This document shows, one piece after another, positions 46,148-57,468 of a stretch of DNA of 64,000 nucleotides. Below the pieces are notes generated by a model that was given only the letters and a program-made list of their open reading frames with translations, was not told where the DNA came from and did no database searches. The translations under genes were made by a program, and so were the position numbers. Each line of letters begins with the position of its first letter. Within the stretch, counting starts at the first letter, position 1. The stretch covers positions 20,309 through 84,308 of the forward strand of contig JAAYLA010000375.1 in assembly GCA_012522135.1 (NCBI GenBank), in the 5' to 3' direction. The DNA comes from Bacillota bacterium. Its GTDB lineage: Bacteria; Bacillota; Limnochordia; DTU080; JAAYLA01.

Positions 46148-48453
46148 GAAGCCCTCCCTCCAATGCGGTTGGCCAGCACAATGACAACGGCCGAGCACAC
46201 AAGCGCCGCAAAGACCAGGATGTCCCGCACATGCCAGGACTCCGTCCGCGGCCGCCATGGCGCGCCGTCGGCGTATCCTCGGAGGACTAAAGCGTCTCCG
46301 AGCCGCTCGGCTCTGCGGAGTACAGCGGTGCTCAAGGGCACGACCAGCGTGACGACGCGAGACCACACTCCCCGGACACCGCGCAAAAACTGCACTCCCC
46401 GCATCGTTTGGGCCCGCGTGATGCGCGCTGCCTCCTCAGTGAGCCTAGGAAACATGGCCATGGCCACAAGGGTGCCCGCGAGAAGCGTTCCGAGGGGCAG
46501 ACCGACGCGCTCGAGAGGCCGCAAGAGCGCGGAAAACGCTTCCATCATCCGGCTGAGGCCCGCCGCACGGCCCACCCAGAGCAAGGCGGCAACCGTCAAG
46601 AACATCCGCAGTCCAGCGAAGGCGCCCGTTCCGAACAGGCCCCTAGGTCCCGCGGCGGCAACTCCCCCGCCGCCGAAAACGGCGGCGATCAGCATAAACG
46701 GCAATAAGGCCAGGAACGCTCCCTTGACTGTACGCCACGGCGTCTTGGTCAGGGCCAATAGGGTGAGGACAACGGCCCCGGCCGCCGCAAGGCCCGACCA
46801 ACGGGTTACCGAGACGACGCTGAGGGCAAGGACAGACGCGCCGAGGACGAGAGAGCGCGCATCGGTCCGGTTTCCGGGGGCTTCGCTGCGCTCTGAGGCC
46901 GAAACTGCAGGAGCTTCCCTTCGCACCTCCTCGCCGCTTTCGTCGTCGCTTTCCAGGCTCCAGACGGCGGTCTCGTGTTGCGTCGTTACCTTGCCGTCTT
47001 CAAGCCGGACTACCCGGGATGCGGCCCCGTAGAGCAGGTCGTGATCGTGCGTCGTGAACAATACCCCAGCCCCGTCCTTCTCTACGAGCTCGCGCAGTAG
47101 GCGGGCCACTATGGCGGCGGAAGGCCGGTCGAGACCGGCTGTCGGCTCGTCGAGCAAGTACAGCCGCGGCCGCTGTGCGAGGCACGCGGCCAGGGCCACT
47201 TTGCGCCTTTCCCCTCCTGAAAGGGCAAACGGCGATCGATCAAGAAACTCGGGCCCTAATCCGACCGCCCCAAGGGCCCCTTCGATGCGCTCCCGCCACT
47301 CTGCCTGCGGAATGCCGAGGCAACGCAGACCGAAGGTAAGCTCCTCCTTCACCGTCGCCGCGAAGAGCTGGGCCTCCGGCTGCTGCATCGCCAGTCCGAC
47401 GCCAGGCAGCAACGCCCGCACCGCCTTGGCCCGGGCCGCCCGCATTCTCCGGCCTCTGCCGGCGGGCGGAATGGGCGTGCCCAGCACCGTAAGCCGACCG
47501 CCGCCGTGCGGTTCGAGCCCCGCCGCCACTTGGAGTAAGGTGCTTTTTCCGGCACCCGAACGTCCGCCCAAGGCAACGGCCTCTCCCTCGTAAACCGCCA
47601 AGTCCACACCGGTTAAGACCGGCCGGGCACTGGCCGGATAGCGAAAAGCCAACGCCTCCATGCGCAATACTGCCGGCGTATTGCCGCCCCGCTGCCGCCG
47701 CAGTCGCCAGGCACCGGGTACCCCTTGCGGCGTCGCCTGCGGCCGTCCGATGCCCCACTCGTCGAGCCGGTCGCCGAGTTCCCACAGGCGGCGCGGCGGG
47801 CCGTCGAAGACAAGCCGTCCTTTCCCGAGCACTACCACTCGGTCGGCCTGCGCCGCCTCTTCAGGACTGTGTGTGATCCAAAGGCAACCCGCCCCGGCTG
47901 AACGCAAGTACTCGCCGACCACGCATGCCGTCAGACGCGCGGAAAGGGGGTCGGCGAAGGCATTTGGCTCGTCCAGGACCAGCAGGTCGGGATGGCGAGC
48001 CAGCGCCCCGGCCAGCGCAATCCGCTGCAGCTCCCCGCCCGAGAGGGCGCTCGTAGGCGAATCTAAGGCATGGAGCATGTCTACCCGGCTGAGCCATTGG
48101 CGAATGCGCAAGGCCACCTCGTCCTCGGATAAGCCGAGAGGCGCAAGGGCCAGACGCAGGTCGTCGCCGACCGTCAGCCCTACCACGTGATGTTCAGGGT
48201 GCTGTGACAAGTAACCGATGCGCAAAGGCGGCGGTGTCCGCAGCCGCCCCGAGGCCGGGGAGACCAGGCCTACGGCAAGGTACGCCAGCGTCGATTTGCC
48301 CGACCCGTTCGCGCCCATCACGGCGACCCATTCTCCGGGTTCCACGCGCAAGGACAGTGCGTCCAAAGCGCGCAGCTCACCGCCGCGGGGCCCCGGATAG
48401 GTGACCGTGACATCCTCGAAGGAAAGGAGGGGCGAGAAACGAGGCATATTCAC
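46144..48453 (-). CDS. ecfA1A2T: energy-coupling factor (ECF) transporter, apparent single-polypeptide fusion EcfA1-EcfA2-EcfT
   Basis: One 769-aa open frame: ATPase 1 (GANGSGKST, LSGGELQR, LLVLDEP), ATPase 2 (GRSGAGKST, LSGGERRK, LYLLDEPTAGLD), an acidic linker, then a 5-TM EcfT-like domain with coupling-helix motifs TRAQTMRGVQF and RRAERLGDALVLRGY. Confidence 0.75.
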   Translation of the reverse strand: MNMPRFSPLLSFEDVTVTYPGPRGGELRALDALSLRVEPGEWVAVMGANGSGKSTLAYLAVGLVSPASGRLRTPPPLRIGYLSQHPEHHVVGLTVGDDLRLALAPLGLSEDEVALRIRQWLSRVDMLHALDSPTSALSGGELQRIALAGALARHPDLLVLDEPNAFADPLSARLTACVVGEYLRSAGAGCLWITHSPEEAAQADRVVVLGKGRLVFDGPPRRLWELGDRLDEWGIGRPQATPQGVPGAWRLRRQRGGNTPAVLRMEALAFRYPASARPVLTGVDLAVYEGEAVALGGRSGAGKSTLLQVAAGLEPHGGGRLTVLGTPIPPAGRGRRMRAARAKAVRALLPGVGLAMQQPEAQLFAATVKEELTFGLRCLGIPQAEWRERIEGALGAVGLGPEFLDRSPFALSGGERRKVALAACLAQRPRLYLLDEPTAGLDRPSAAIVARLLRELVEKDGAGVLFTTHDHDLLYGAASRVVRLEDGKVTTQHETAVWSLESDDESGEEVRREAPAVSASERSEAPGNRTDARSLVLGASVLALSVVSVTRWSGLAAAGAVVLTLLALTKTPWRTVKGAFLALLPFMLIAAVFGGGGVAAAGPRGLFGTGAFAGLRMFLTVAALLWVGRAAGLSRMMEAFSALLRPLERVGLPLGTLLAGTLVAMAMFPRLTEEAARITRAQTMRGVQFLRGVRGVWSRVVTLVVPLSTAVLRRAERLGDALVLRGYADGAPWRPRTESWHVRDILVFAALVCSAVVIVLANRIGGRAS

Positions 48454-48529
48454 CCTGCTCCGTCCGTAGATAATGAAAGCGCAGAGTTGCCCCTGCGCCC
48501 GACAGATCGTAGAACGCCCTCACGAAGGG

Positions 48530-48868
48530 CTACACCAGCTCAATCTGGGCAATCGGCGCCGCGTCGCCGCGCCGCACGCCGACCCGCAAAATCCGCGTGT
48601 ATCCGCCCTGCCTCTCGGCGTACTTCGGCGCCACCTCTTCAAAAAGGTGCTTTACCGCGGCAGGATTGTTCAAAACCGCCGCCGCCTGGCGCCGCGCGGC
48701 CAGATCCCCTTGCTTGCCCAAGGTGATCAGCTTTTCCGCTACGGGCCGAATGGCTTTGGCGCGGGTTTCGGTGGTCCGGATGCGCCCATTGAGGATCAGA
48801 GCAGCCACTTGATTGCGGATCAAGGACTTTCTGTGCCCGTGAGTGCTTGCCAGACGTGACTTCTTCAC
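48530..48868 (-). CDS. rplQ: 50S ribosomal protein L17
   Basis: [25 protein letters not shown]..., typical L17. Confidence 0.95.
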   Translation of the reverse strand: MKKSRLASTHGHRKSLIRNQVAALILNGRIRTTETRAKAIRPVAEKLITLGKQGDLAARRQAAAVLNNPAAVKHLFEEVAPKYAERQGGYTRILRVGVRRGDAAPIAQIELV

Positions 48869-48892
48869 TGCTAAGCGCCCCCCTTTCCAGCG

Positions 48893-49834
48893 TCAGTCGT
48901 CCGACTCGCGCAAGGAGAGGTTGAGCGCGGCCAACTTCTCCTTCACTTCCTGCAACGACTTCTTGCCGAGATTCCGCACTTTCATCATGTCTTCTTCCGT
49001 CTTGCGTGTCAGTTCCGCGACCGTATTGATTCCAGCCCGCTTCAGGCAGTTGTAGGAGCGGACGGACAGGTCGAGCTCCTCGATGGTCATCTCCAGGAGG
49101 CGATCCTTCTCTTCCTCTTCCTTCTCCACCATGATCTCCACATCTTCCGGCAGATCGGTCAAGGAGACGAAAAGGCGCAAATGCTCGATCAGGATCTTCG
49201 CCGACAGACTGACCGCTTCATCGGGCGCGATGCTGCCGTCGGTGACTACCTCCAGGATCAGACGGTCGTAGTCCGTCTGCTGGCCGACACGCGTATCCTC
49301 GATCTCGTAGTTGACCCGCCTGACCGGAGTAAAGATCGAGTCGATGGCAATCACGCCGATCGGCTGATCAGGCGTCTTGTTCCGCTCGGCCGACACATAG
49401 CCCCGTCCCCGCTTGAAGGTGAGCTCCATCTCCAACTTGGCGCCCTTCTCCAAGGTGGCAATATGAAGATCAGGGTTGAGGATCTCGACGTCCGCCGGAA
49501 CTTCGATGTCAGCGGCCGTTACCGGTCCCTCGCGCTCAACCGAAAGGCGCCCAACGACGACCTCATCGGTGTGCATTTTGACGATAAGCTCCTTCAAGTT
49601 GAGCACGATGTCGGTGGTATCCTCAGCAACGCCCGGAATCGTAGAAAACTCATGGAGCACACCGTCGATACGGATCGAAGTGACCGCCGCGCCGGGTAAG
49701 GACGACAGCAAAATCCGCCGCAGCGAGTTCCCCAATGTGATGCCGTAACCGCGCTCGAGGGGCTCTACGACGAACTTGCCGTATACGCCGTCCATCTCTA
49801 CGGTCTCGATTCTGGGCTTTTCGATTTCGATCAT
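48893..49834 (-). CDS. rpoA: DNA-directed RNA polymerase subunit alpha
   Basis: [13 protein letters not shown]...; 313 aa with a C-terminal domain. Confidence 0.95.
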   Translation of the reverse strand: MIEIEKPRIETVEMDGVYGKFVVEPLERGYGITLGNSLRRILLSSLPGAAVTSIRIDGVLHEFSTIPGVAEDTTDIVLNLKELIVKMHTDEVVVGRLSVEREGPVTAADIEVPADVEILNPDLHIATLEKGAKLEMELTFKRGRGYVSAERNKTPDQPIGVIAIDSIFTPVRRVNYEIEDTRVGQQTDYDRLILEVVTDGSIAPDEAVSLSAKILIEHLRLFVSLTDLPEDVEIMVEKEEEEKDRLLEMTIEELDLSVRSYNCLKRAGINTVAELTRKTEEDMMKVRNLGKKSLQEVKEKLAALNLSLRESDD

Positions 49835-49885
49835 CTAAGCCAACACCCTCCTTGTCGGGTCGGTTGGTCGGCACGCAGCGCAAAA

Positions 49886-50512
49886 TTATCTTGAATAGTG
49901 CTCGACAATGAGGTGCTCCTGGATGTTGAGGTCTATCTGGTCCCGCCGTGGTAGTGCGATGACACGACCCGTTAACGTCTCTGGATTCATTTCGAGCCAC
50001 TCGGGAACCTGAGTGCTCGCAGCCTCGGCCTGCTCACGGAGCCCGGGCAAGTTCCGGCTCTTCTCGCGGACCGCAATCTCGTCGCCAGCCCTTACCGCGT
50101 ACGACGGGATGCTGACCTTTCTTCCGTTAACCGCGATATGACCGTGCCTGACGAGCTGACGGGCAGCCGCACGACTCGGAGCCCAGCCAAGGCGGTAGAC
50201 GATGTTGTCCAGGCGTGCCTCCAGCATGATGAGCAAGTTCTCGCCCGTTACGCCTTTTGCACGCGCCGCATTCTCATAGTATCGCTCAAATTGACGCTCC
50301 AAAACCCCGTAAATCCGACGGAGCTTCTGCTTTTCGCGCAGGTGCAGACCGTATTCGGAAGGCCTGCGCATTCGCCCTTGACCGTGCTGACCAGGAGGAT
50401 ACGGCCTCTTCTCGAAGGGGCACTTCTCGCTCATGCACTTGGCGCCCTTCAAGAACAGCTTCTCGCCCTCACGCCGGCAAAGTCGGCATACAGGGCCCGT
50501 ATACCTTGCCAT
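49886..50512 (-). CDS. rpsD: 30S ribosomal protein S4
   Basis: [16 protein letters not shown]..., zinc-ribbon-type S4. Confidence 0.95.
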   Translation of the reverse strand: MARYTGPVCRLCRREGEKLFLKGAKCMSEKCPFEKRPYPPGQHGQGRMRRPSEYGLHLREKQKLRRIYGVLERQFERYYENAARAKGVTGENLLIMLEARLDNIVYRLGWAPSRAAARQLVRHGHIAVNGRKVSIPSYAVRAGDEIAVREKSRNLPGLREQAEAASTQVPEWLEMNPETLTGRVIALPRRDQIDLNIQEHLIVEHYSR

Positions 50513-50541
50513 GTAGCTTCAAACACCTCCGAAACAATTAC

Positions 50542-50964
50542 CTACACCCGACGGCGCTTCGGCGGCCGGCATCCGTTGTGCGGGATGGGGGTCACGTCTT
50601 TGATCAAAACTACTTCCAGCCCCGCTGCCTGCAGTGAGCGAATGGCTGCCTCGCGTCCTGCACCGGGTCCTTTCACGTAGACTTCTACCTCGCGCATACC
50701 GTGCTCCATGGCTGTCCGTGCAGCCTGCTCGGCAGCCATGCCGGCGGCAAACGGCGTTCCCTTGCGGGAGCCCTTGAAACCTTGCGTACCGGCGCTCGCC
50801 CAGGAGATGACGTTCCCTTGGCGATCGGTAATGCTCACGATGGTGTTATTGAAAGTCGAGCGGATATGGGCAATCCCACTCGGAATGTTTTTCCGCTCCC
50901 TACGGCGGGGTCTTGTTCCCCTTCGCGGACGTGCCACGTGCATGCCTCCTTCTTTGGTTGCCAC
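50542..50964 (-). CDS. rpsK: 30S ribosomal protein S11
   Basis: ...[23 protein letters not shown]; the true start is probably the internal GTG/ATG after AAGGAGG, not 50964. Confidence 0.9.
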   Translation of the reverse strand: MATKEGGMHVARPRRGTRPRRRERKNIPSGIAHIRSTFNNTIVSITDRQGNVISWASAGTQGFKGSRKGTPFAAGMAAEQAARTAMEHGMREVEVYVKGPGAGREAAIRSLQAAGLEVVLIKDVTPIPHNGCRPPKRRRV

Positions 50965-51036
50965 ACGCTGTCTGCTGCGCGTGTGCTATACGGTCATCTG
51001 GCGCAACGACATAGCGCCACAATCGTCACCAGCCGG

Positions 51037-51405
51037 CTACTTCTTCTTCCCGCCGATCGCCCGCCGCGGTCCTTTACGGGTACGGGCGTTCGTCCGCGTC
51101 CTCTGCCCCCGCGTAGGCAGGCCTCGGCGGTGGCGCAATCCGCGGTAGCTGCCGATATCGATCAACCGGCGGATGTTCATCTGTACCTCGCGCCGCAGAT
51201 CACCTTCTACCACGTAATTCTTCTCAATCTCCTCACGCAGCCGGTTCGCCTCGTCCTCCGTGAGGTCGCGCACCCGCGTGTCCGGATTGACACCCGTCGC
51301 TTCGAGCACCTTTTTCGCCCGCGACCGGCCGATGCCGTAGATATATGTCAACGCGATCTCGACCCGCTTTTCACGGGGCAGATCTACACCTGCAATACGC
51401 GCCAT
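51037..51405 (-). CDS. rpsM: 30S ribosomal protein S13
   Basis: [26 protein letters not shown]... Confidence 0.95.
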   Translation of the reverse strand: MARIAGVDLPREKRVEIALTYIYGIGRSRAKKVLEATGVNPDTRVRDLTEDEANRLREEIEKNYVVEGDLRREVQMNIRRLIDIGSYRGLRHRRGLPTRGQRTRTNARTRKGPRRAIGGKKK

Positions 51406-51426
51406 CTAACGCTCCACCTCCTGTCT

Positions 51427-51540
51427 TCAGCCTTGCCTTTGCTTGTGCTTCGGGTCTTCACAGATCACCATCACGCGCCCTTTGCGACGAATCACCTTGC
51501 ACTTGTCGCACATGGGCTTCACGGACGGTCTTACCTTCAT
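51427..51540 (-). CDS. rpmJ: 50S ribosomal protein L36
   Basis: Not in the ORF track (37 aa). Manual translation gives [37 protein letters not shown]. Confidence 0.9.
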   Translation of the reverse strand: MKVRPSVKPMCDKCKVIRRKGRVMVICEDPKHKQRQG

Positions 51541-51559
51541 GGCCCACAAACCTCCATTC

Positions 51560-51784
51560 CTACTTCTTGCGGTAAACGATTCGCCCGCGGCTCAGATCAT
51601 AGGGGGAAAGCTCTACCGTCACTCGGTCACCCGGAATGATACGGATAAAATGCATGCGCATCTTCCCGGAGATGTGAGCCAAAACGACGTGGCCGTTGTC
51701 GAGTTCGACGCGAAACATGGCGTTCGGGAGGGGCTCAATGACCGTCCCTTCAACTTCGATTACGTCTTGCTTACCCAGTGTCAT
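51560..51784 (-). CDS. infA: translation initiation factor IF-1
   Basis: [43 protein letters not shown]..., matches IF-1; the start is placed at the ATG after GAGGAGG. Confidence 0.9.
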   Translation of the reverse strand: MTLGKQDVIEVEGTVIEPLPNAMFRVELDNGHVVLAHISGKMRMHFIRIIPGDRVTVELSPYDLSRGRIVYRKK

Positions 51785-52091
51785 CGTCCTCCTCACCGTC
51801 ATGATTGAAGGAATCCGCAATCTCCTGTAGAGCCTGCCTCAGCTCTGCGTCCGCACCTTTATGTCCTGCGTCCGGGCTCAACGGAATACCAGTGAGAACC
51901 TGGTCGTAGACGAGCAAATGCTTCGGGTTCTTTCGCTTCGGACGCGCGATCGGCCTGCGCTCTCCGTCCGCCACGTACAAGAAACCCTCTTTGTCCTGAT
52001 CGATGACCACGTACCACCGATGCCGGTCCCGGCCGCGTACGGATCGCACCACCTGGCCCTTCTCGACCTCCCGGCCCCGGGCCAAGCCCAT
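51771..52091 (-). CDS. KOW domain-containing RNA-binding protein (map-infA spacer gene, ybzG-like)
   Basis: [20 protein letters not shown]...[21 protein letters not shown] matches the small KOW-protein family found between map and infA; the start is uncertain. Confidence 0.6.
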   Translation of the reverse strand: MGLARGREVEKGQVVRSVRGRDRHRWYVVIDQDKEGFLYVADGERRPIARPKRKNPKHLLVYDQVLTGIPLSPDAGHKGADAELRQALQEIADSFNHDGEEDDDTG

Positions 52092-52155
52092 AGCAGTGAC
52101 ACGCCTGTCTCCGTCACTCGTCTCGGCAGCCTCAGAGCGCATAACCATCCCCTCG

Positions 52156-52908
52156 TCAATCCTCGAGCGTCGTCACTATTAGCGGACCGTCCGACGTGAT
52201 GGCGACCGAGTGCTCAAAATGGGCCGACAGCCCGGCGTCACGCGTCACAACGGTCCAGCCGTCCTCGAGCACGACGACTTCGGGACCTTTCATGTTGACC
52301 ATCGGCTCGATAGCCAAGGTCATACCTTGCCGCAGCCTCGGCCCCCGCCCGGGAGGACCGAAGTTGGGTACCTGGGGCGCCTCGTGCATCGCCCGGCCCA
52401 CGCCGTGCCCCACGAACTCCCGCACCACCGAAAAACCAGCCGCCTCGACGTGGGTTTGGATGGCATGGGATATGTCGGAAAGCCGTCCCCCGGGCACCGC
52501 TTTCTCAATCCCCTTGTACAGCGCCTCCTCGGTCACTTGCAAGAGACGCCGGGCCTCGTCCGAGATCTCTCCTACGGGCAGCGTACGTGCCATATCGGCG
52601 AAATAACCGTCAAGGCTCGCCCCAATGTCGATGCCCACGATGTCTCCCTCGACCAGGCGGCGCGGCCCGGGAATTCCGTGCACCACCTCTTCGTTGACCG
52701 AGGTGCAGATATTCTTCGGATATCCTTCGTAACCGAGGAAGGCTCCCTTGACCCCTTGTTCCTCAAAAAACCGGGCTACTTTTTCGTCGAGCTCCTCGGT
52801 GGTGATTCCGGGGACGATCGATTCCTCCACAAGACGGTGCGCTTGAGCCACGATCCGGCCGATGCGGCGCATCTTCTCAATCTCAGCTGCAGTCTTGACG
52901 ACGATCAT
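52156..52908 (-). CDS. map: type I methionine aminopeptidase
   Basis: MIVVKTAAEIEKMR...; metal ligands D, D, H, E, E present. Confidence 0.95.
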   Translation of the reverse strand: MIVVKTAAEIEKMRRIGRIVAQAHRLVEESIVPGITTEELDEKVARFFEEQGVKGAFLGYEGYPKNICTSVNEEVVHGIPGPRRLVEGDIVGIDIGASLDGYFADMARTLPVGEISDEARRLLQVTEEALYKGIEKAVPGGRLSDISHAIQTHVEAAGFSVVREFVGHGVGRAMHEAPQVPNFGPPGRGPRLRQGMTLAIEPMVNMKGPEVVVLEDGWTVVTRDAGLSAHFEHSVAITSDGPLIVTTLED

Positions 52909-53586
52909 CTATAGAGCACCACTCGATTCCAGTTCATCGCGCACCCGCGTCAGCGAATCGACCATTTCGCGAAAGACTTCCTCGATACTTTGCTCACCGT
53001 TCACCGTGATCAGACGCCCGCGCTCCTCATAATAGGATATCACAGGTTGCGTCTGCACCAAATACACGGCAAGCCTCTCACGGGCGGTTTCTTCCGTATC
53101 GTCCTCCCGCTGGGTGAGCGTTGCGTTGCAGACTTGGCACCTACTGCGCTCCGCGCACGCCGGATACCTGCGAAAGTACGTCGCCCCGCATTCGGGACAT
53201 ACCCAGCGATGCGCAATGCGCATTACGGCTTCTTCGTCGGAGATCCTGATTTCTACGGCGGCGTCCAGCTCGTGACCCGTTGAGTGCAGCGCTGCGTCCA
53301 ACGCCCGGGCTTGGGCCACCGTGCGGGGAAAGCCGTCCAGGATATACCCGTTCCTGCAGTCGCCCCGGGTCAATCGTTCCTCGACGATCCGTATCGCCAC
53401 GTCGTCCGGCACCAGATGTCCCCGGTCGATAAAGCGCTTGGCGAGCGCACCCAGGGCGCTGCCGCTGCGTATCGCATCCCGAAACATACTCCCCGTCGAA
53501 ATATGGGGAATGCCGAAATGCTCGGCCAACAGCGCCCCTTGCGTTCCCTTTCCCGCACCCGGTCGACCTAGCATCGTGAGCCGCAT
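52909..53586 (-). CDS. adk: adenylate kinase (Zn-lid type)
   Basis: GRPGAGKGTQ P-loop; lid CPECG...CQVC. Confidence 0.95.
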   Translation of the reverse strand: MRLTMLGRPGAGKGTQGALLAEHFGIPHISTGSMFRDAIRSGSALGALAKRFIDRGHLVPDDVAIRIVEERLTRGDCRNGYILDGFPRTVAQARALDAALHSTGHELDAAVEIRISDEEAVMRIAHRWVCPECGATYFRRYPACAERSRCQVCNATLTQREDDTEETARERLAVYLVQTQPVISYYEERGRLITVNGEQSIEEVFREMVDSLTRVRDELESSGAL

Positions 53587-53621
53587 ACTTTCGCTCGCCT
53601 CGCTTTGCCGTCCCTCAGGGC

Positions 53622-54890
53622 CTACTTTAGGAACCCTTCGTAGTGCCGCATCAACAGCTGTGCCTCGATCTGACGCATCGTATCGAGGGCGACACCGACC
53701 ATGATGATGATCCCGGTCCCGCCGAAGTACAAGAACTGGGTCGGCATCCGGGTCACGGCAGCCAAGACGTACGGCGACAGGGCGATAAGTGCCAAGAAGA
53801 TCCCGCCGGCCAACGTGATCCGTGTCAACACCTTGTCAAGGTACTCGGCAGTGGGCCGTCCGGGCCGTAGCCCCGGGATAAAGCCTCCGTTCTTCTTCAG
53901 GTTGTTTGCTACCTCGGCCGGGTTGAACGTCACGGCCGTGTAGAAGTACGTGAAGAAGACGATCAAAACCGTGTACAGGATAAAGTAGCCGGTAGTCCCA
54001 TGACCGATCCAACGCTCGATGGCCGCCAGTGAAGGCGCAAACTGGGCGATGGTCAGCGGAAACACCAGCAGCGACGACGCGAAGATAACGGGAATCACAC
54101 CCGCCTGATTGACCTTCAGCGGAAGGTGCGTCGTGCCGCCGCCCATCATGCGCCGGCCAACCACGCGCCGGGCGTACTGGACCGGAATGCGCCTCTGTCC
54201 CTCCTGCACCATGACCACGCCGGCCACGATGAACACGCTCAACACGAGCCACAGGATCAGGCTGATCGGACTGACGCCGCCTTGGCCTACCGCACGCACC
54301 GCCTGATAGAGACCCGGAGGAAACTCGGCGACGATACCCGTGAAGATGATGAGCGAGACACCGTTGCCAATACCCTTCTCCGTTATCTTCTCGCCTAGCC
54401 ACATCAGGAAGACCGAACCTGCGGTCAAGCTGACTACGATCACCGTGATGTGGAAGAACGTCTCATTTACGAGCACACCCCAGGTACGTGCCAACATCGT
54501 CGTCGCAAGGCCCTGGATGAGGCCGAGCAGTACCGTACCGTACCGGGTATACTGCTGGATCTTCTTACGGCCTTCGACACCTTCTTTCTGCAGCTCCTCA
54601 AGGCGCGGGATCACGATCGTGAGCAGCTGCAGAATAATGGACGCCGTAATGTACGGTCCTACGCCTAAGGCGAAGACGGCGAATCGGCTGAGGGCACCGC
54701 CCGCAAACATGTCAAGAAAACCGAACACCGTGCCCTCTTCGACGCGGAGCGCCTCGGACAGTGCCGCCGCATCGACGCCCGGGACGGGAATGTGCGACCC
54801 CAACCTAAAGACGAGCAGCAGCGCGGCAGTGTAAAGGATCTTCCTCCGCAGGTCTCCAATGCGCATCGCATTGCGGAAGGCGCTCAGCAC
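53622..54890 (-). CDS. secY: preprotein translocase subunit SecY
   Basis: 10-TM SecY sequence at the end of the spc operon. Confidence 0.95.
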   Translation of the reverse strand: MLSAFRNAMRIGDLRRKILYTAALLLVFRLGSHIPVPGVDAAALSEALRVEEGTVFGFLDMFAGGALSRFAVFALGVGPYITASIILQLLTIVIPRLEELQKEGVEGRKKIQQYTRYGTVLLGLIQGLATTMLARTWGVLVNETFFHITVIVVSLTAGSVFLMWLGEKITEKGIGNGVSLIIFTGIVAEFPPGLYQAVRAVGQGGVSPISLILWLVLSVFIVAGVVMVQEGQRRIPVQYARRVVGRRMMGGGTTHLPLKVNQAGVIPVIFASSLLVFPLTIAQFAPSLAAIERWIGHGTTGYFILYTVLIVFFTYFYTAVTFNPAEVANNLKKNGGFIPGLRPGRPTAEYLDKVLTRITLAGGIFLALIALSPYVLAAVTRMPTQFLYFGGTGIIIMVGVALDTMRQIEAQLLMRHYEGFLK

Positions 54891-54891
54891 G

Positions 54892-55335
54892 TCAAATCAC
54901 CTCTGCCTTTCCTCCGGCTGCCTCGATCTTTTCAGCGGCCGCCTTGCTGAAGGCGTGAGCCTGAACGGTCAAGGCAGTGGTGAGCTCACCGTCGCCGAGG
55001 ATCTTTACGCCGTCGCGTATCTGACGGATAAGACCCGACTCCAACAGGACCTCGGGCGTGACCACGCTGCCCGCTTCAAACCGGGCCAGATCGCTGACAT
55101 TGACGATCGAGTACACCTTAGCAAAACGTGCGTTGTTGAATCCTCTCTTCGGCAGACGCCGTTGAAGCGGCATCTGTCCGCCCTCGAAATAAGGACCGGG
55201 TTTGCCGCCACTGCGCGCGAGCTGCCCTTTCTGACCGCGTCCTGCCGTCTTGCCGAGCCCGGACCCGATCCCGCGCCCTAACCGCTTCCGTTCACGCCGC
55301 GCACCGGGGGCAGCTTTCACATCGTGTAGCTGCAA
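54892..55335 (-). CDS. rplO: 50S ribosomal protein L15
   Basis: [30 protein letters not shown]... Confidence 0.95.
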   Translation of the reverse strand: MQLHDVKAAPGARRERKRLGRGIGSGLGKTAGRGQKGQLARSGGKPGPYFEGGQMPLQRRLPKRGFNNARFAKVYSIVNVSDLARFEAGSVVTPEVLLESGLIRQIRDGVKILGDGELTTALTVQAHAFSKAAAEKIEAAGGKAEVI

Positions 55336-55363
55336 CTCGATTACCCCCTTGTCAACCCCATGG

Positions 55364-55546
55364 TTATGCCTCTTCGACCTTCACCAGATGCCGGACCTTG
55401 TAAATCATCCCGCGAATGCTCGGATTGTCTTCCTTGATGACCGACGCGTTGAGCCTGCGCAGTCCGAGGGCCCGGATCGTGTCCTTCTGGTCTCTGGGAA
55501 AGCCGATTGCGCTCTTCACCCATGTAATCTTCAGCTTCGAGCTCAT
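55364..55546 (-). CDS. rpmD: 50S ribosomal protein L30
   Basis: [33 protein letters not shown]...; the ORF-track upstream extension is rejected. Confidence 0.9.
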   Translation of the reverse strand: MSSKLKITWVKSAIGFPRDQKDTIRALGLRRLNASVIKEDNPSIRGMIYKVRHLVKVEEA

Positions 55547-55560
55547 ACCGACCGTGCCCC

Positions 55561-56067
55561 CTACAGAATCTCTTCCACGCTCTTGCCCCGGATTGCCGCA
55601 ACCTCTTCCGCGGTGCGCAACGACTTCAACCCTTCGATGGTCGCTTTCACGACGTTCATCGGGTTCGAAGAGCCCAGCGATTTGGTCAGCACGTCGCGCA
55701 CGCCGGCGCATTCCAGCACGGCGCGCATCGGCCCGCCCGCAATCACTCCGGTACCTTCGGATGCAGGCCGCATGATGACCCTCGCGCCGGCATACCGGGC
55801 CGTCACTTCGTGGGGAATCGTCGTTCCGACGATCGGAACCTTGATCATATTCTTTTTGGCCTTGTCGATACCTTTTCTAATAGCGTCTGCGACCTCTTTC
55901 GCCTTCCCGGTAGCCGCGCCGACGTGGCCTTGCCCGTCGCCGACTACGACCAGAGCGGAAAAACTGCGGTTACGGCCGCCCTTGACGGTCTTTGAGACCG
56001 GATTGATGCTGACGACCCTCTCTTCGAGCTCGCCCAGGGCCGCAGCGTCAATGCGTTCACTCGCCAC
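55561..56067 (-). CDS. rpsE: 30S ribosomal protein S5
   Basis: ...[30 protein letters not shown]... Confidence 0.95.
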   Translation of the reverse strand: MASERIDAAALGELEERVVSINPVSKTVKGGRNRSFSALVVVGDGQGHVGAATGKAKEVADAIRKGIDKAKKNMIKVPIVGTTIPHEVTARYAGARVIMRPASEGTGVIAGGPMRAVLECAGVRDVLTKSLGSSNPMNVVKATIEGLKSLRTAEEVAAIRGKSVEEIL

Positions 56068-56082
56068 GCAAATCCCTCCAGC

Positions 56083-56448
56083 CTAAAATTCTAGCCCAGC
56101 TTCACGCGCGCCCTCGGCTAGGGCCTTCACCCGGCCGTGATACAGGTTGCCTCCGCGGTCGAACACCACGCGGGTGATTCCCTTCTCTCGCGCACGCTCG
56201 CCGATGAGCTTGCCGACATACTTAGCAGCCTCGATATTGCCGGTGCTCTTGAGCGCCTTGCGGACCTCGGGTTCCACGGTGGAAGCCGAGACGAGGGTGT
56301 GTCCCGCCAGGTCGTCGATAACCTGAGCGTAAATGTGGTGAAGGCTGCGGAAGACAGCGAGCCTGGGCCGCTGCGGCGTGCCGAACACCTTCTTGCGTAT
56401 TCTCAAATGGCGACGCTTGCGCGCCTCTTTCCTACTGGCAATCGCCAT
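56083..56448 (-). CDS. rplR: 50S ribosomal protein L18
   Basis: ...[20 protein letters not shown]... Confidence 0.95.
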   Translation of the reverse strand: MAIASRKEARKRRHLRIRKKVFGTPQRPRLAVFRSLHHIYAQVIDDLAGHTLVSASTVEPEVRKALKSTGNIEAAKYVGKLIGERAREKGITRVVFDRGGNLYHGRVKALAEGAREAGLEF

Positions 56449-56468
56449 AGGTCCCCGTCCTCCTCCTG

Positions 56469-57005
56469 CTACTTACCGGCCTTGCCGGCCTTGCGCCTGA
56501 CGTACTCGCCCTCATAGCGAATTCCTTTGCCAAGGTACGGCTCGGGCTTGCGCACGGCGCGGATTTCGGCTGCGAGCTGCCCGACCTTTTCCTTATCGAT
56601 GCCGCGCACCGTGATGCGGGTCGGTGCGGGAACCTCAATCTCCATACCGGGCGGCGTGTCGAATTCCACCGGGTGCGAAAAGCCCATGGAGAGCACCAGC
56701 TTGTTCCCCTGCTTGGCGGCTCTGTAGCCGACGCCGTGAATCTCGAGGCGCTTCTCGAAGCCCTGCGTCACACCCTGCACCATATTGGCGATCAGCGTGC
56801 GGGTGAGGCCATGGAGCGAGCGGTGCTTCTTTTCATCCGAAGGACGGTTGACGACGACTCGCCCGTCCTCGATATTCACCTGCATCTCGGGATGGAGCTT
56901 GCGCTCGAGGGTACCCTTGGGTCCCTTCACACGAATGGTGTTGCCCTCGAGCTGCACCTCCATGCCGGACGGTATTTCGATCGGGATCTTACCAATTCTA
57001 GACAT
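56469..57005 (-). CDS. rplF: 50S ribosomal protein L6
   Basis: [22 protein letters not shown]... Confidence 0.95.
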   Translation of the reverse strand: MSRIGKIPIEIPSGMEVQLEGNTIRVKGPKGTLERKLHPEMQVNIEDGRVVVNRPSDEKKHRSLHGLTRTLIANMVQGVTQGFEKRLEIHGVGYRAAKQGNKLVLSMGFSHPVEFDTPPGMEIEVPAPTRITVRGIDKEKVGQLAAEIRAVRKPEPYLGKGIRYEGEYVRRKAGKAGK

Positions 57006-57028
57006 TCGGCTTCACTCCATCATTCGGC

Positions 57029-57427
57029 TTACCAAACGTAGCAAATGACCTCGCCGCCGACGCCCTCTTTCCTCGCCTGTCGATCGCTCATAACGCCCTT
57101 CGACGTGGAGAGCACGGCTACACCCAGACCACCCAGTACCTTGGGGATCTCGTCTTTCTTGGCGTACACCCGCAGGCCCGGCTTCGAAATCCGGCGGATG
57201 CCGCTGATCACCCGAGTCTGGCCGGGACCCTGCTTCAAGTAGATGCGGAGGGTGGCTTTATTACCGTCCTGGATCACCTTGTAATCCCGGATGTATCCCT
57301 CTTCCTTAAATATCCGAGCCAGCTCGACCTTCATCTTCGACGAAGGTACATCGACTTGCTCGTGGTTCACCGCGCTGGCGTTCCGAATGCGCGTGAGCAT
57401 GTCGGCAATTGGATCCGTCATCACCAT
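57029..57427 (-). CDS. rpsH: 30S ribosomal protein S8
   Basis: [17 protein letters not shown]... Confidence 0.95.
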   Translation of the reverse strand: MVMTDPIADMLTRIRNASAVNHEQVDVPSSKMKVELARIFKEEGYIRDYKVIQDGNKATLRIYLKQGPGQTRVISGIRRISKPGLRVYAKKDEIPKVLGGLGVAVLSTSKGVMSDRQARKEGVGGEVICYVW

Positions 57428-57468
57428 GTCCTAAAAGTCCACCCCTTTCATCCATGACCCCCTGCGAG

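Noticed and set aside
45686-47032. 448-aa plus-strand ORF
   Set aside because: Antisense to truA and the ECF fusion gene; Ala/Arg/Thr-rich low-complexity composition.
50701-51639. 312-aa plus-strand ORF through rpsK/rpsM/rpmJ
   Set aside because: Antisense shadow inside the ribosomal protein operon.
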